Of a stretch of DNA of 64,000 nucleotides, positions 18,911-28,894 are shown in pieces. The stretch comes from Thermodesulfobacteriota bacterium (lineage in GTDB: Bacteria; Desulfobacterota; Binatia; Bin18), in contig OZ219926.1 of the NCBI GenBank assembly GCA_964291405.2, forward strand, positions 2,368,001-2,432,000, read 5' to 3'. Within the stretch, counting starts at the first letter, position 1; every line of letters begins with the position of its first letter. The position numbers were made by a program, and so were the translations under genes. The notes below the pieces were generated by a model, which made no database searches, was not told the origin of the DNA, and was given only the letters and a program-made list of their open reading frames with translations.

Positions 18911-21025
18911 ATGGAAGACAAGCCTTTTATTAACCGTGAATTGTCCTGGCTCGAATTCAACCGACGCGTGCTTGAAGAGGCCTTCGACGAAAGCGTCCCC
19001 TTGCTCGAACGCGTCAAGTTCATGGCCATATTCAGCGCCAATATGGACGAATTTTTTATGGTCCGTGTGGCGCGACTCAAGCGGCGTATTGCGCAGGGCG
19101 ACCTGGAGGCCGGTCCGGATGGCATGACACCGGCCCAAACGCTGACCGCTATCTCAAAACGAGTCCATGAGCTTGCCGAGGAACAACACCGGGGTTTTCT
19201 GGAGACCATTCAGCCGCAACTGGAGGCCGAGGGGATTCATATTACCCGCCCGGAAGAGTTGAACACCGAGCAGAGTCATTTTCTTGAAGACTTCTTTCGG
19301 CGGACCCTGCTGCCAGTTGTCACGCCGCTGGCGATCGATCCCGGCCATCCCTTTCCCCACCTCGGTAATCGCTCCCTGTGTCTGGTCGCAGCCCTGCGCT
19401 CGGCCGGAACCTCGCGTCTGCCCCAGACCAAACTGGCCGTTGTTCATATTCCCAGCCAAGTCGTCCAGCGTTTTATTGCGCTACCGGCTCCAGCTGGCAA
19501 GCATATCTTTATCCTGCTCGAAGATGTGGTGCGGCTGTACCTGCCCCGCCCGTATCACGGCTATGAGATCCTGTCGTGTCACGCCGTCCGGGTGACGCGG
19601 GACGCGGACTCGGCCCTGGCACTCGGCCGAACCGAAGATCTCCTCACGAGTATCGAAGAGAGCGTGCGCGACCGGCGCATGGGGACCGCGGTGCGGCTGC
19701 AATACGACTCCGACCTGCCGCAGGGCGTTCTCAATATGTTTATTGATGAACTCGACCTGCGCCCCGAAGATCTGTACGGCGGTGAGGGTTTCACCGCTTT
19801 TACCGACCTGTTTCAGCTCTATGGAGCCGTGGACCTGCCGCAGCATAAAGACCAGCCGTGGACGCCCCTGCCGGTCCCGGCCTGTGAGCAAAAGCCGGAT
19901 ATGTGGAGTGCAATTCGGGAGGGCGACATCCTGGTGCACCATCCCTACCAATCTTTCGATGTGGTGATGCGCTTTGTGGAAGAGGCCGCGACCGACCCGA
20001 ATGTCCTGGCCATTAAAATGACCCTCTACCGGGTCAGCCCGACCTCGCCTATTGCCCAGGCGCTCACGCGGGCCGCAGAAGCGGGTAAGGAAGTAGCCGT
20101 CCTGGTCGAACTCCGCGCCCGTTTTGATGAGGAAGCCAATATTACCTGGGCGCGCGCGCTCGAAGAGGTCGGCGCCCATGTGGTGTATGGCCTGGTCGGC
20201 TATAAGACCCACTGCAAGGCCTGCCTGGTGGTACGGCGTGAGAATGGTGGCATCCGTCGCTACTGCCATCTCGCAACCGGCAACTACAACGTGAATACGA
20301 GCGGCATCTACGGCGACTTCGGTCTCTTTACCTGCCGCGAGTCCTTTGGCGACGATCTCACCGACCTGTTTAACCTGTTAACCGGCTATACCCGCCCCCA
20401 GGCGTTTCACCATCTCCTGGTCGCTCCCACGAGTATGCGGGAGGGCATGATTGAGCGGATTCGGCGCGAAGCGGAACACGCCCTGGAGGGTAAGCCGGCC
20501 AGGATCATTGCCAAGATCAACAGTCTGGTTGACGCAGCCATGATTGAGGAGCTGTATACTGCCAGCCAGGCGGGGGTGGAGATTGATCTCATCATCCGTG
20601 GCATCTGCTGCCTGCGGCCCGGACTGCCAGGCATATCCGAACGGATTCGGGTAATTTCGATTATCGATCGCTACCTCGAACACGCCCGCATCTTTTATTT
20701 TCATAATGATGGCGAGGCCGAGTATTTCCTCTCCTCGGCCGACTGGATGCCGCGCAATCTGGACCGCCGCGTCGAGGTCGCCTTTCCCATCCTTGATCCC
20801 CATATCCAGGCCCAGCTTTTTGAAATACTCAGCATTCAACTGGCCGACACGGTCAAGGCCCGCACGATCCTCCCCGATGGACGCTCCAAGCGGGTAGAGC
20901 CCGACCCGCTCGCCCCTGTCCGTTCTCAACAACGCCTGTACGAATTTACCAAGACCCAGTCCGACGCTCAGATGCCCGTTGAGGGAGAGCCCGACCTAGA
21001 CGGTTTGCAGCCGTTTGAAGGGTAG
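18911..21025 (+). CDS. ppk1: Polyphosphate kinase 1
   Basis: NRELSWLEFNRRVL, DEFFMVRVA, HPFP, HHPYQSF, IKMTLYR, ELRARFDEEANI, KTHCK, TGNYN, SADWMPRNLDRRVE. Alternative GTG start at 18854. Confidence 0.97.
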   Translation: MEDKPFINRELSWLEFNRRVLEEAFDESVPLLERVKFMAIFSANMDEFFMVRVARLKRRIAQGDLEAGPDGMTPAQTLTAISKRVHELAEEQHRGFLETIQPQLEAEGIHITRPEELNTEQSHFLEDFFRRTLLPVVTPLAIDPGHPFPHLGNRSLCLVAALRSAGTSRLPQTKLAVVHIPSQVVQRFIALPAPAGKHIFILLEDVVRLYLPRPYHGYEILSCHAVRVTRDADSALALGRTEDLLTSIEESVRDRRMGTAVRLQYDSDLPQGVLNMFIDELDLRPEDLYGGEGFTAFTDLFQLYGAVDLPQHKDQPWTPLPVPACEQKPDMWSAIREGDILVHHPYQSFDVVMRFVEEAATDPNVLAIKMTLYRVSPTSPIAQALTRAAEAGKEVAVLVELRARFDEEANITWARALEEVGAHVVYGLVGYKTHCKACLVVRRENGGIRRYCHLATGNYNVNTSGIYGDFGLFTCRESFGDDLTDLFNLLTGYTRPQAFHHLLVAPTSMREGMIERIRREAEHALEGKPARIIAKINSLVDAAMIEELYTASQAGVEIDLIIRGICCLRPGLPGISERIRVISIIDRYLEHARIFYFHNDGEAEYFLSSADWMPRNLDRRVEVAFPILDPHIQAQLFEILSIQLADTVKARTILPDGRSKRVEPDPLAPVRSQQRLYEFTKTQSDAQMPVEGEPDLDGLQPFEG

Positions 21026-21140
21026 CAGCCGTCTACGTACCCGTGCATTCCTGCGTGGCGCGATGGCACCGTATCCTCTCGCCAGTACACAGCGGCGGGT
21101 ACATTGAAACCCTTGCGGAAATCCTCTAGCGTGCAGAACA

Positions 21141-22637
21141 ATGTTCGAACGAATCTCGATCCTGTGCCTGAGCCTCCTCCTGGTGAGCGTATGGGGCTGC
21201 TCGGCAACCCTCAGACGCCCCTCGGCCAAAGAATATTATCAGCAGGCAACCGACTCTTTCACAGACGAGGACTATCTGGGGGCGTCCGATCAGTATCAGG
21301 AGTTGCTGGATCAGTACCCGCTCAACCCGTACGCTGAGGAAGCCCAGCTCAAAACGGCCTATGGGCTGTTTATGGAAGAAAATTACGCCGAAGCCGTTGC
21401 GGCCTTCAAAGACTTTGAGCGGGCCTATCCGACCAGCACGCATATGCCGTTTGTCAAGTATTTCCTCGGCATTACGAACTATAGTCAGATTCGTTCCAAG
21501 GATCGCGATCAGGCCGTGACGCGCCGGGCGGACGGATTCTTTCAAGAGGTGATAGACCGGTACCCGGAAAGTGCTTTCGTTCTCGAGGCTGAGGAAAAGA
21601 GCAAATCGGCGCGTGACATCCTGGCGGCCCACGAATTGATGGTGGCAAACTTTAACGAAAAGCGTGGAAATCTTACCGCCACAAAAGCACGCTTGCGCAG
21701 CCTGATTGAGCAATACTCCGAGACGGATGCCACCGTTGAAGCCTTGGATCGGCTCGAACAGATATTGAACGAAGAGGGTAACGTCGAGTTGGCCGATTTG
21801 GCGGCCCGCGCTCAGTCTGCACGGAGAGCGACTAGCGAGGCCCCCGGCGCTGAAGAGGATGACCCAGAGGGCGAGGCGACCGACTCGGACGGGCTGCTCG
21901 TTGCCGGAGTTGATCCCTTGCTGTTGCTCGTTTCCGAATTGAAAAAACAGGAAGAGGCGGAACGCCTGGCCCGGACGGAAGCGGATGCAGAAAGGCTGGC
22001 AGCGGAAAAAGAAGCCGAGCAAGAAGAACGCGCCCTGGATGACGCCTTTGACGATGACCGATCCTACGAAGTGGGTGACGATTATCGGGAAGTAGACTTG
22101 GAGGCATTGGAAGCAGAGCGGGCAGCTCTGGAGACTCCCGACATTGAGGAGCTGGAATTCGACGTTGAGACAGACGATCTCGGACCCTTGGAACTGACCG
22201 AGCAGGATGTCTCCGACGAGGACGACATTGGTCTTTCTGACGAGGACATCCTCACCCTTGACGTCGAGAGCGACGCTATTGCGCTTGAGGAAGATGCTGA
22301 AGCGTTGGAAGCCGCTGGGGTGTTGGACGCTGAAGAAGAAGCCGAGGAGGTCGTTGAAGAGATTGCCGTAGGCGAGGACATAACTATAGAAGATGAGGTT
22401 GAAGTCAGTGCAGAGGTGGCCGAGGCAGAAGAGGTCGAGGACGACGAAGCGGTTGCCGCAGTCGAGCTGAGTGAGCCGGTTGAGCTGAATGAGTCAGGGG
22501 TTGAATACGCCGAAATAGATGAGGAAGCTACCTCTTCCGACGCTCTCACGAACGGAGATGTCGCACTCAGAACAGGACGAGAGGCCGTTCTGGGTATCGA
22601 TATTGAGGAAATAGATTTTGAGTTTGAGGACGAATGA
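21141..22637 (+). CDS. bamD: Outer membrane protein assembly lipoprotein BamD with long acidic tail
   Basis: Lipobox VWGC, TPRs (YPLNPYAEEAQL, FERAYP, RDQ, YPES, LAAHELMVANF); about half the protein is an Asp/Glu-rich tail. Confidence 0.85.
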   Translation: MFERISILCLSLLLVSVWGCSATLRRPSAKEYYQQATDSFTDEDYLGASDQYQELLDQYPLNPYAEEAQLKTAYGLFMEENYAEAVAAFKDFERAYPTSTHMPFVKYFLGITNYSQIRSKDRDQAVTRRADGFFQEVIDRYPESAFVLEAEEKSKSARDILAAHELMVANFNEKRGNLTATKARLRSLIEQYSETDATVEALDRLEQILNEEGNVELADLAARAQSARRATSEAPGAEEDDPEGEATDSDGLLVAGVDPLLLLVSELKKQEEAERLARTEADAERLAAEKEAEQEERALDDAFDDDRSYEVGDDYREVDLEALEAERAALETPDIEELEFDVETDDLGPLELTEQDVSDEDDIGLSDEDILTLDVESDAIALEEDAEALEAAGVLDAEEEAEEVVEEIAVGEDITIEDEVEVSAEVAEAEEVEDDEAVAAVELSEPVELNESGVEYAEIDEEATSSDALTNGDVALRTGREAVLGIDIEEIDFEFEDE

Positions 22638-22671
22638 GACCTGGCGCCTAGGCAGAGAGCGAGCGAAGCCG

Positions 22672-22701
22672 AGCCTCTTTCCTCTTGGGAAGAGGCTTTT
22701 T
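22672..22701 (+). terminator. Rho-independent terminator after bamD
   Basis: AGCCTCTT...AAGAGGCT followed by a T run. Confidence 0.7.
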
Positions 22702-22762
22702 ATTCTATGTCGCTGGATATTCTCATAAGGATAGACGCACTGCGTTTGGGAAATAAGACAGC

Positions 22763-23527
22763 ATGAAACACGCTGCATCCCCTATTCCAAAGAGCGTCCG
22801 TGAGGGGAAAGTCCTGGTGGTTGGCGTTGGCGGACTCGGCTCTCCGGCGGCATTGGCGCTCGCCCTGGCTGGGGTGGGAACGATTGGCCTGGTGGATTCG
22901 GACCGGGTCGAGCTGTCAAACTTACAGCGGCAAATTTTGCACTTTACCCCGGATATCGGAAAACCAAAGGTCGATTCGGCCAAGGAAAAAATTCAGCAAC
23001 TCAGTCCCTCGATAACGGTGGTGACCCATAACGAGCGGCTGCATGCGGGGAATCTTGCGGATGTCTTTGCTGCCTATGATTTTATTATTGACGGAACGGA
23101 CGGCGTGGCCACAAAGTTTTTGATCAATGACGGTGCCGTGCTCCTGAACAAACCGCTTTCTCATGCAGGTATTGTCCGGTTTCATGGTCAGGCCCTCACG
23201 GTCTTACCGAGACAAACGACGTGTTTGCGTTGCCTGTTCCCGGTTCCACCTCATCCCGATGAGAATCCCACCTGCCAGGAGGCCGGCATCCTTGGCAGCC
23301 TGGCCGGCAGTTTGGGGAGCGTTCAAGCTGCCGAGGCAGTGAAATATCTGGGTGGGGAAGGAGAACTGCTCACCGACCGTTTGCTCACCTATGACGCCTT
23401 CGCCTTACGCTGGCGAGAGGTTCGGGTACGCCCGAGCCCGCATTGTCCGTTGTGCGGCACGCAGCAGACGATTACGAGTATCCGACCCGAAGCCTATGAG
23501 TTGGAAAGGCTCTGTACTATGCTCTGA
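22763..23527 (+). CDS. ThiF/MoeB-family E1-like adenylyltransferase, active-site subunit lacking the N-terminal RYSR helix
   Basis: GVGGLG, DSDRVELSNLQRQ, GKPKV, DGTD, CLRC, PTCQEAG, CPLC; in-frame TAA at 22754 limits the N-terminus. Confidence 0.9.
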   Translation: MKHAASPIPKSVREGKVLVVGVGGLGSPAALALALAGVGTIGLVDSDRVELSNLQRQILHFTPDIGKPKVDSAKEKIQQLSPSITVVTHNERLHAGNLADVFAAYDFIIDGTDGVATKFLINDGAVLLNKPLSHAGIVRFHGQALTVLPRQTTCLRCLFPVPPHPDENPTCQEAGILGSLAGSLGSVQAAEAVKYLGGEGELLTDRLLTYDAFALRWREVRVRPSPHCPLCGTQQTITSIRPEAYELERLCTML

Positions 23528-23537
23528 GTCTGAGTAT

Positions 23538-23591
23538 AAAGAGGGAACGTGTCCTCCACTAGACACGAGATGCTGGACACGTTTCCTCTTT
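23538..23591. repeat. Palindromic element family A, copy 6
   Basis: AAAGAGGGAACGTGTCC...GGACACGTTTCCTCTTT. Confidence 0.85.
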
Positions 23592-23682
23592 CGGGCAGGG
23601 TGATTGTCAGACCGAAGCAAAAAAGTAACAGTAGAAGCCTATAAAGAGCAGATGAGTGATTCTGAATCAGGAGGGAGTGAAC

Positions 23683-23994
23683 ATGAGTGCGCAGGTCCGT
23701 ATCCCAACCCCGCTACGTCGCTTTACCGGCGGAGCGGAAGCAGTATCGGCCGATGGAGCCACGGTTGGGGCGTTAGTCGATAATATAGAGAGTAATCATC
23801 CGGGGATTAAAGAACGGCTGTGTGATGAGGCGGGCGAAGTCCGTCGCTTTGTCAATATCTTTGTGAATGGTGAAGATATTCGTTTTATCAACAACCTGGA
23901 TACGCCGGTGAACGAGGGCGACGAAGTGTCTATCGTGCCTGCTATTGCCGGAGGTTCTTTTTGCCCCCGCCTCACTACGCTCGGCACCCCCTAG
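23683..23994 (+). CDS. CysO/MoaD-like ubiquitin-like sulfur carrier with a C-terminal extension after GG
   Basis: VRIPTPLRRFTGG, RRFVNIFVNGEDIRF, SIVPAIAGG plus 12 extra residues. Confidence 0.9.
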   Translation: MSAQVRIPTPLRRFTGGAEAVSADGATVGALVDNIESNHPGIKERLCDEAGEVRRFVNIFVNGEDIRFINNLDTPVNEGDEVSIVPAIAGGSFCPRLTTLGTP

Positions 23995-24014
23995 AGAAAA
24001 AAGGGGGGTAAAGC

Positions 24015-25076
24015 GTGTCACGCCTGCTGAAAAGAGTAAACGTGTCCTCCCAGGATAGAGAAGAGATGCTGGACACATCTGCTCTTTTTCCAACCGAGGG
24101 ACCATTAGTAGCAGGTCCCCTGCGTGTCCCGTCTGTGCTGCATCTGATTGGGAATACGCCGCTGCTTGAAACTACCCGGCTGAGTGCGGACATTCCTCCA
24201 GACGTCCGGGTCTATGCCAAACTCGAAGGTTTCAATCCGGGTGGATCGGTCAAAGATCGCCCTGCGCTGTGTATGATCCAAAAAGGGATCGAGAGCGGCG
24301 CGCTGACCCCGGACAAGATCATTCTCGATTCTACCTCCGGGAATACCGGTATCGCGCTGGCCATGATCGGTGCCGTGCTGGGCTATCCGGTCGAGCTGTG
24401 CATCCCGGCCAACGTCAGTATAGAGCGGAAAAAAATCATCTCCGCGTATGGGGCAAAGATGGTTTTCAGTAGCCCCATGGACGGCTCGGATGGAGCCTTG
24501 GAGCTGTGTCGGGAACGGTTGCAAGAGCATCCCGGGCGCTATTTCAAACCGGATCAATACTTTAATCCACACAACTCACTGGCACACTACCAGACAACCG
24601 GGCCGGAGCTGTGGTGGCAGACCAAAGAGCAGATCACCCACTTTGTGGCCGGCATGGGGACCGGCGGCACCCTGATGGGAACCGGACGCTACCTGAAGGA
24701 GAAAAACTCGGACATTCAGATTGTTGGGGTTGAACCGGATGACGCCTTTCACGGCCTTGAGGGGCTAAAGCATATGGACAGTTCCATTGTGCCCGGCATC
24801 TACCATGAAGAGCAGCTTGACCGAAAAATCAGCGTTTCAACTGAAGACGCTTATGAAACGGTGTACCGGCTTGGTAGAGAAGAAGGGGTATTGGTTGGCC
24901 AGTCATCCGGTGCGGCGATGTGGGCGGCGCTCCAGGTGGCCCGTGAGATTGACCGGGGCACGGTGGTGACGCTCTTCCCGGATTTCGGAGACAAATATCT
25001 CAGTACCAATCTGTGGATCGGCTGGAAAGAGTATAATCAACGTCAGGCCAACGGTCGGGCAGAGGGAGCGGCGTGA
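24015..25076 (+). CDS. cysM: PLP-dependent cysteine synthase, CysM-like
   Basis: AKLEGFNPGGSVKDR, STSGNTG, GMGTGGT, GDKYLST; adjacent to the sulfur carrier; start uncertain (24015 or 24066). Confidence 0.85.
   Translation: MSRLLKRVNVSSQDREEMLDTSALFPTEGPLVAGPLRVPSVLHLIGNTPLLETTRLSADIPPDVRVYAKLEGFNPGGSVKDRPALCMIQKGIESGALTPDKIILDSTSGNTGIALAMIGAVLGYPVELCIPANVSIERKKIISAYGAKMVFSSPMDGSDGALELCRERLQEHPGRYFKPDQYFNPHNSLAHYQTTGPELWWQTKEQITHFVAGMGTGGTLMGTGRYLKEKNSDIQIVGVEPDDAFHGLEGLKHMDSSIVPGIYHEEQLDRKISVSTEDAYETVYRLGREEGVLVGQSSGAAMWAALQVAREIDRGTVVTLFPDFGDKYLSTNLWIGWKEYNQRQANGRAEGAA
24030..24088. repeat. Palindromic element family A, copy 7 (cysM 5' end)
   Basis: AAAAGAGTAAACGTGTCC...GGACACATCTGCTCTTTT. 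Confidence 0.8.
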
Positions 25077-25897
25077 CGGAGACATTGGGGTCCATTGGGT
25101 CCATGCTCGAAGACGCTCAGATCGAACGCTATAGCCGACAGATCATTCTACCCCAGGTCGGCGGAAAAGGGCAGGAAAAACTTCTTCGGAGTCAGGTGTA
25201 TGTTGATGGGGACGGGCTGCTCGCCGCCGCTGCGCTTTTTTATCTCGTCGCTGCCGGCGTTGGGACTATTGGCGTGACGCGGGCCAAAGCCGCTCCGATC
25301 TTTTCCGTTCTTGCGGAGCGATCCCTAGGATCAGATGAGCAGCCGGTGGCCCACACCCTCAGGCATCTAAACCCCGATTGTACCCTTGTGACCCATCTGG
25401 ATGAGGACGAACAACCGCCTCACCACTATGATCTGGTTCTGGCAACAACAGATGCATTGCACGATGGGTGGTACGCTCAGCACAAACCGTTTGTGTGGGG
25501 AGCAGCCAGCGGAGAAGGCGCCCGTTTATTCGTGAGCCGGGGAGACAGGGCTGACCGGCCATGCCTGCGCTGTCTTTTCCCGGAAAACCCACCCCGGCCC
25601 TATCGGGCCACCCCTCCGAGGAGGGGAGAGAAAACAGTCCCCTCCTCGGAGGGGTGCCGCGTAGCGGCGGGGTGGATTCCTCCGGACACGGGGACCAAAG
25701 ACCCGCTTGACTCTCCATACGCGCTCTTTTTGGGTACCCAACTCGTCACCGAAGCCCTGAAAATCATCCTCCAGCCTGAGGCGGATAACCCACCAAAACT
25801 ATTGTCATACACATTCCCAGCGTTTCACTGTGTCGAGCAGGCGGTTGAGAAGAACCCGTACTGCTCGGTCTGTTCGACGCCTGCCCAGAGTGCCTGA
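25073..25897 (+). CDS. ThiF/MoeB-family paralogue with a degenerate nucleotide-binding site
   Basis: Keeps [26 protein letters not shown] and CSVC; P-loop reads DGDGLLA; DxD-SNLxRQ motif absent. Start 25073 or 25103. Confidence 0.85.
   Translation: MTETLGSIGSMLEDAQIERYSRQIILPQVGGKGQEKLLRSQVYVDGDGLLAAAALFYLVAAGVGTIGVTRAKAAPIFSVLAERSLGSDEQPVAHTLRHLNPDCTLVTHLDEDEQPPHHYDLVLATTDALHDGWYAQHKPFVWGAASGEGARLFVSRGDRADRPCLRCLFPENPPRPYRATPPRRGEKTVPSSEGCRVAAGWIPPDTGTKDPLDSPYALFLGTQLVTEALKIILQPEADNPPKLLSYTFPAFHCVEQAVEKNPYCSVCSTPAQSA
25609..25678. repeat. CCCCTCC/GGAGGGG palindromic repeat (family C) inserted in frame in moeB-like 2
   Basis: CCCCTCCGAGGAGGGG...CCCCTCCTCGGAGGGGTGCCGCGTAGCGGCGGGGTGG; related sequences at 41902-41940 and 23964-24010. 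Confidence 0.7.
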
Positions 25898-25914
25898 CTG
25901 AGGAAGAAGAGGAC

Positions 25915-26862
25915 GTGGAGACCCAGGGGCCTCAGCCCGCCTCGAATAAAAAGAATTCCTATTCTCTCACGCATCTCAAGTATCTTGAGGCTGAGAGCAT
26001 TCATATCATTCGTGAGGTGGCGGCTGAGTTCGATAATCCGGTCATGCTGTACTCCATCGGTAAAGATTCGGCGGTCATGCTGCATCTGGCTCGGAAAGCG
26101 TTCGCGCCAGGGAAGCCGCCCTTCCCCCTGATGCATATCGACACGACCTGGAAGTTCCGGGAGATGATCACCTTCCGCGATACCTACATCAGACACGAGC
26201 TCGGCCTCGACCTCATCGTATATATTAACCAGGACGGGGTCAAAGCAGGCATCGGCCCCATTACGCATGGGTCCAAAAAGCACACCGACGTGATGAAGAC
26301 ACAGGCGCTCAAACAGGCGCTCGATCAGTACGGGTTTGATGCGGCTTTTGGGGGTGCGCGGCGGGATGAAGAGAAGTCACGGGCCAAAGAACGGGTGTAT
26401 TCGTTCCGTGACCGCAACCACCGCTGGGACCCCAAGAACCAGCGTCCCGAGCTGTGGAATCTATATAACTCCACGCTTGATAAAGGCGAGAGCATCCGGG
26501 TTTTTCCCTTATCGAATTGGACCGAATTGGATGTCTGGCAATACATCTACCGCGAGAATATCCCGATTGTTCCGTTGTACTTTGCCAAGGAACGTCCGGT
26601 TGTCGAGCGCGATGGGGTGCTGATTATGGTCGATGATGACCGTCTACCGCTCCATCCGGATGAACGGCCGCAATTGAGAAAAGTCCGCTTTCGCACTCTG
26701 GGCTGCTATCCGCTGACGGGGGCGATTGAATCCGAGGCGGACACCCTGCCGTTGATTATTCAGGAAATGCTGCTGGCGACACACTCCGAACGGCAAGGTC
26801 GCGTCATTGATTTTGACCAGTCCGGCTCTATGGAAGAGAAGAAAAAAGAAGGTTACTTCTAA
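25915..26862 (+). CDS. cysD: Sulfate adenylyltransferase subunit 2
   Basis: [47 protein letters not shown]. Confidence 0.97.
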   Translation: METQGPQPASNKKNSYSLTHLKYLEAESIHIIREVAAEFDNPVMLYSIGKDSAVMLHLARKAFAPGKPPFPLMHIDTTWKFREMITFRDTYIRHELGLDLIVYINQDGVKAGIGPITHGSKKHTDVMKTQALKQALDQYGFDAAFGGARRDEEKSRAKERVYSFRDRNHRWDPKNQRPELWNLYNSTLDKGESIRVFPLSNWTELDVWQYIYRENIPIVPLYFAKERPVVERDGVLIMVDDDRLPLHPDERPQLRKVRFRTLGCYPLTGAIESEADTLPLIIQEMLLATHSERQGRVIDFDQSGSMEEKKKEGYF

Positions 26863-26869
26863 TAGCAGG

Positions 26870-28840
26870 ATGTCTCACCAATCTGACCTGATCGCGACCG
26901 ATATCGAAGCCTATCTCGCCCAGCATGAGCGCAAGGACCTGCTGCGCTTCCTGACCTGCGGCAGCGTGGATGACGGCAAGAGCACCCTGATCGGCCGTCT
27001 CCTGTACGACTCCAAGCTGATCTATGAGGATCAGCTTGAGGCGATAAAAAAAGACTCGATTCGGCATGGCACGACCGACACGGAGTTTGATCCCGCTCTG
27101 CTGACCGACGGCCTCAAAGCCGAACGCGAACAGGGCATCACCATCGATGTCGCCTATCGCTATTTTTCGACCGCCAAACGCAAATTCATTATTGCCGACA
27201 CTCCAGGTCATGAGCAGTACACCCGGAATATGGCGACTGGCGCGTCAACCTGTGACTTGGCCATTATTTTGATTGATGCCCGCCATGGTGTCCTGACCCA
27301 AACCCGGCGACACAGCTTTATCGCCTCTCTCTTGGGGATCAAGCACATTGTTGTTGCCGTCAATAAGATGGATTTGGTGGACTACAGCCAGGAGGAGTTT
27401 GAGCGGATAGTCGAAGATTATACCGACTTTGCCGCCAGACTGGAGCTGAGCGATGTGCACTTCCTGCCCATGGCGGCACTGAGCGGCGATAATGTGGTGA
27501 ACAAAAGCGAGCATATGCCGTGGTATACGGGCAGCCCGCTGATGCACCTGTTAGAGCAGGTCTATATTGCCTCGGATACCAATCTGATCGACTTTCGTTT
27601 TCCGGTCCAATACGTCAATCGTCCCAACCTGGACTTCCGCGGTTTCTGTGGCACGGTGGCCTCGGGCATCGTGCGGCCGGGCGATGAGGTCATGGTGTTC
27701 CCGTCGCGCAAAACAAGCCGGGTGAAAGCCATTCATACCTTTGAGGGGGAAGTAGAGCAGGCCATGCCGCCGCTGGCCGTGACCCTGACGCTTGAAGACG
27801 AGATTGATGTCAGTCGCGGAGATATGCTGGTTCATCCCAACAATGTCCCCCTCATCGCCACGCACTTTGAAGCCATGCTGGTGTGGATGGCTGAAGAGCC
27901 CATGCAGCCCGGCAAGCAGTATTTCCTGAAGCAGGCCACCACCATGACGCCCGGAGTCATTACCGACGTGCGGTATCGCATAGACGTCAATACCCTCCAC
28001 CGGAAAGACGCTACGCAACTGGCTCTCAATGAGATCGGACGGTGCGCCTTTGCCCTCGAAAAGCCGATCGCCTGTGACCCGTACCGCAAGAACCGTACGT
28101 CCGGGGCGTTTGTCGTTATTGACCGCCTCACCAATAATACGGTCGGCGCCGGGATGATCATCGACCGAAATCAGTCTTTTGGGACTCCTGGGTCCATTGG
28201 GCCTTGGGGGTCAAGACTCAATGGACCCAATGACTCAATGGACCCAATGAACTCAACTATCCGGGCGGAGACCGGGTTGATTGCCGTGACCGAGCGTGAG
28301 CAGGCCCTGCAGCAGCACGCGCTCACGGTCTGGCTGACGGGTTTGTCAGGCTCCGGAAAATCGTCCATTGCGGAACGACTTGAGCAGCGCCTGCATACGG
28401 AGGGGTTCCATGCCTATCGGCTCGACGGTGACAATCTGCGCCTGGGGTTGAATCGGGACCTAGCATTTTCCGAAATGGACCGTGCGGAAAATATTCGCCG
28501 TATTGCCGAGGTCGCACGGCTCTTTAACCAAGCGGGGCTCATCATTCTGGTGCCGGTCATTGCTCCCTTTCAGGCAGACCGGCAACACGCGGCAGAGGTC
28601 ATCGGTGTGGACCGCTTTTTTGAGGTGTATGTGGACACCCCGCTTGAAGTATGCGAGGAGCGCGATGTGAAAGGACTGTATCAAAAGGCGCGGGCCGGGG
28701 AGATTTCAGACTTTACCGGCATCTCCTCTCCCTATGAACCGCCGCCAACGCCGGCACTCCGACTGACGACGGTTGGTCACACCGTCGAGGAATCTACCGA
28801 TGTCGTGTTTCGGGCGATTGCGGCTCGTATCCGTCTGTAG
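26870..28840 (+). CDS. cysNC: Bifunctional sulfate adenylyltransferase subunit 1 / APS kinase
   Basis: [34 protein letters not shown]; C-terminal [21 protein letters not shown]. Confidence 0.97.
   Translation: MSHQSDLIATDIEAYLAQHERKDLLRFLTCGSVDDGKSTLIGRLLYDSKLIYEDQLEAIKKDSIRHGTTDTEFDPALLTDGLKAEREQGITIDVAYRYFSTAKRKFIIADTPGHEQYTRNMATGASTCDLAIILIDARHGVLTQTRRHSFIASLLGIKHIVVAVNKMDLVDYSQEEFERIVEDYTDFAARLELSDVHFLPMAALSGDNVVNKSEHMPWYTGSPLMHLLEQVYIASDTNLIDFRFPVQYVNRPNLDFRGFCGTVASGIVRPGDEVMVFPSRKTSRVKAIHTFEGEVEQAMPPLAVTLTLEDEIDVSRGDMLVHPNNVPLIATHFEAMLVWMAEEPMQPGKQYFLKQATTMTPGVITDVRYRIDVNTLHRKDATQLALNEIGRCAFALEKPIACDPYRKNRTSGAFVVIDRLTNNTVGAGMIIDRNQSFGTPGSIGPWGSRLNGPNDSMDPMNSTIRAETGLIAVTEREQALQQHALTVWLTGLSGSGKSSIAERLEQRLHTEGFHAYRLDGDNLRLGLNRDLAFSEMDRAENIRRIAEVARLFNQAGLIILVPVIAPFQADRQHAAEVIGVDRFFEVYVDTPLEVCEERDVKGLYQKARAGEISDFTGISSPYEPPPTPALRLTTVGHTVEESTDVVFRAIAARIRL
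28173..28259. repeat. Inverted array of ~9-bp GGTC/GACC units (family B) in the CysN-CysC linker
   Basis: GGTCCATTG-like units followed by GACTCAATG/GACCCAATG units. Confidence 0.7.
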
Positions 28841-28894
28841 ACGCCTACCTTTCATGTTCGCCTTGCAAATGCTTCCCTCAAGAGGAGCCCCCGG

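Noticed and set aside
22715-22756. In-frame GYSH upstream of moeB1 as a remnant of the RYSR helix
   Set aside because: Spacing to the first strand is about 9 residues too long, there is no other similarity, and an in-frame stop intervenes; likely chance.
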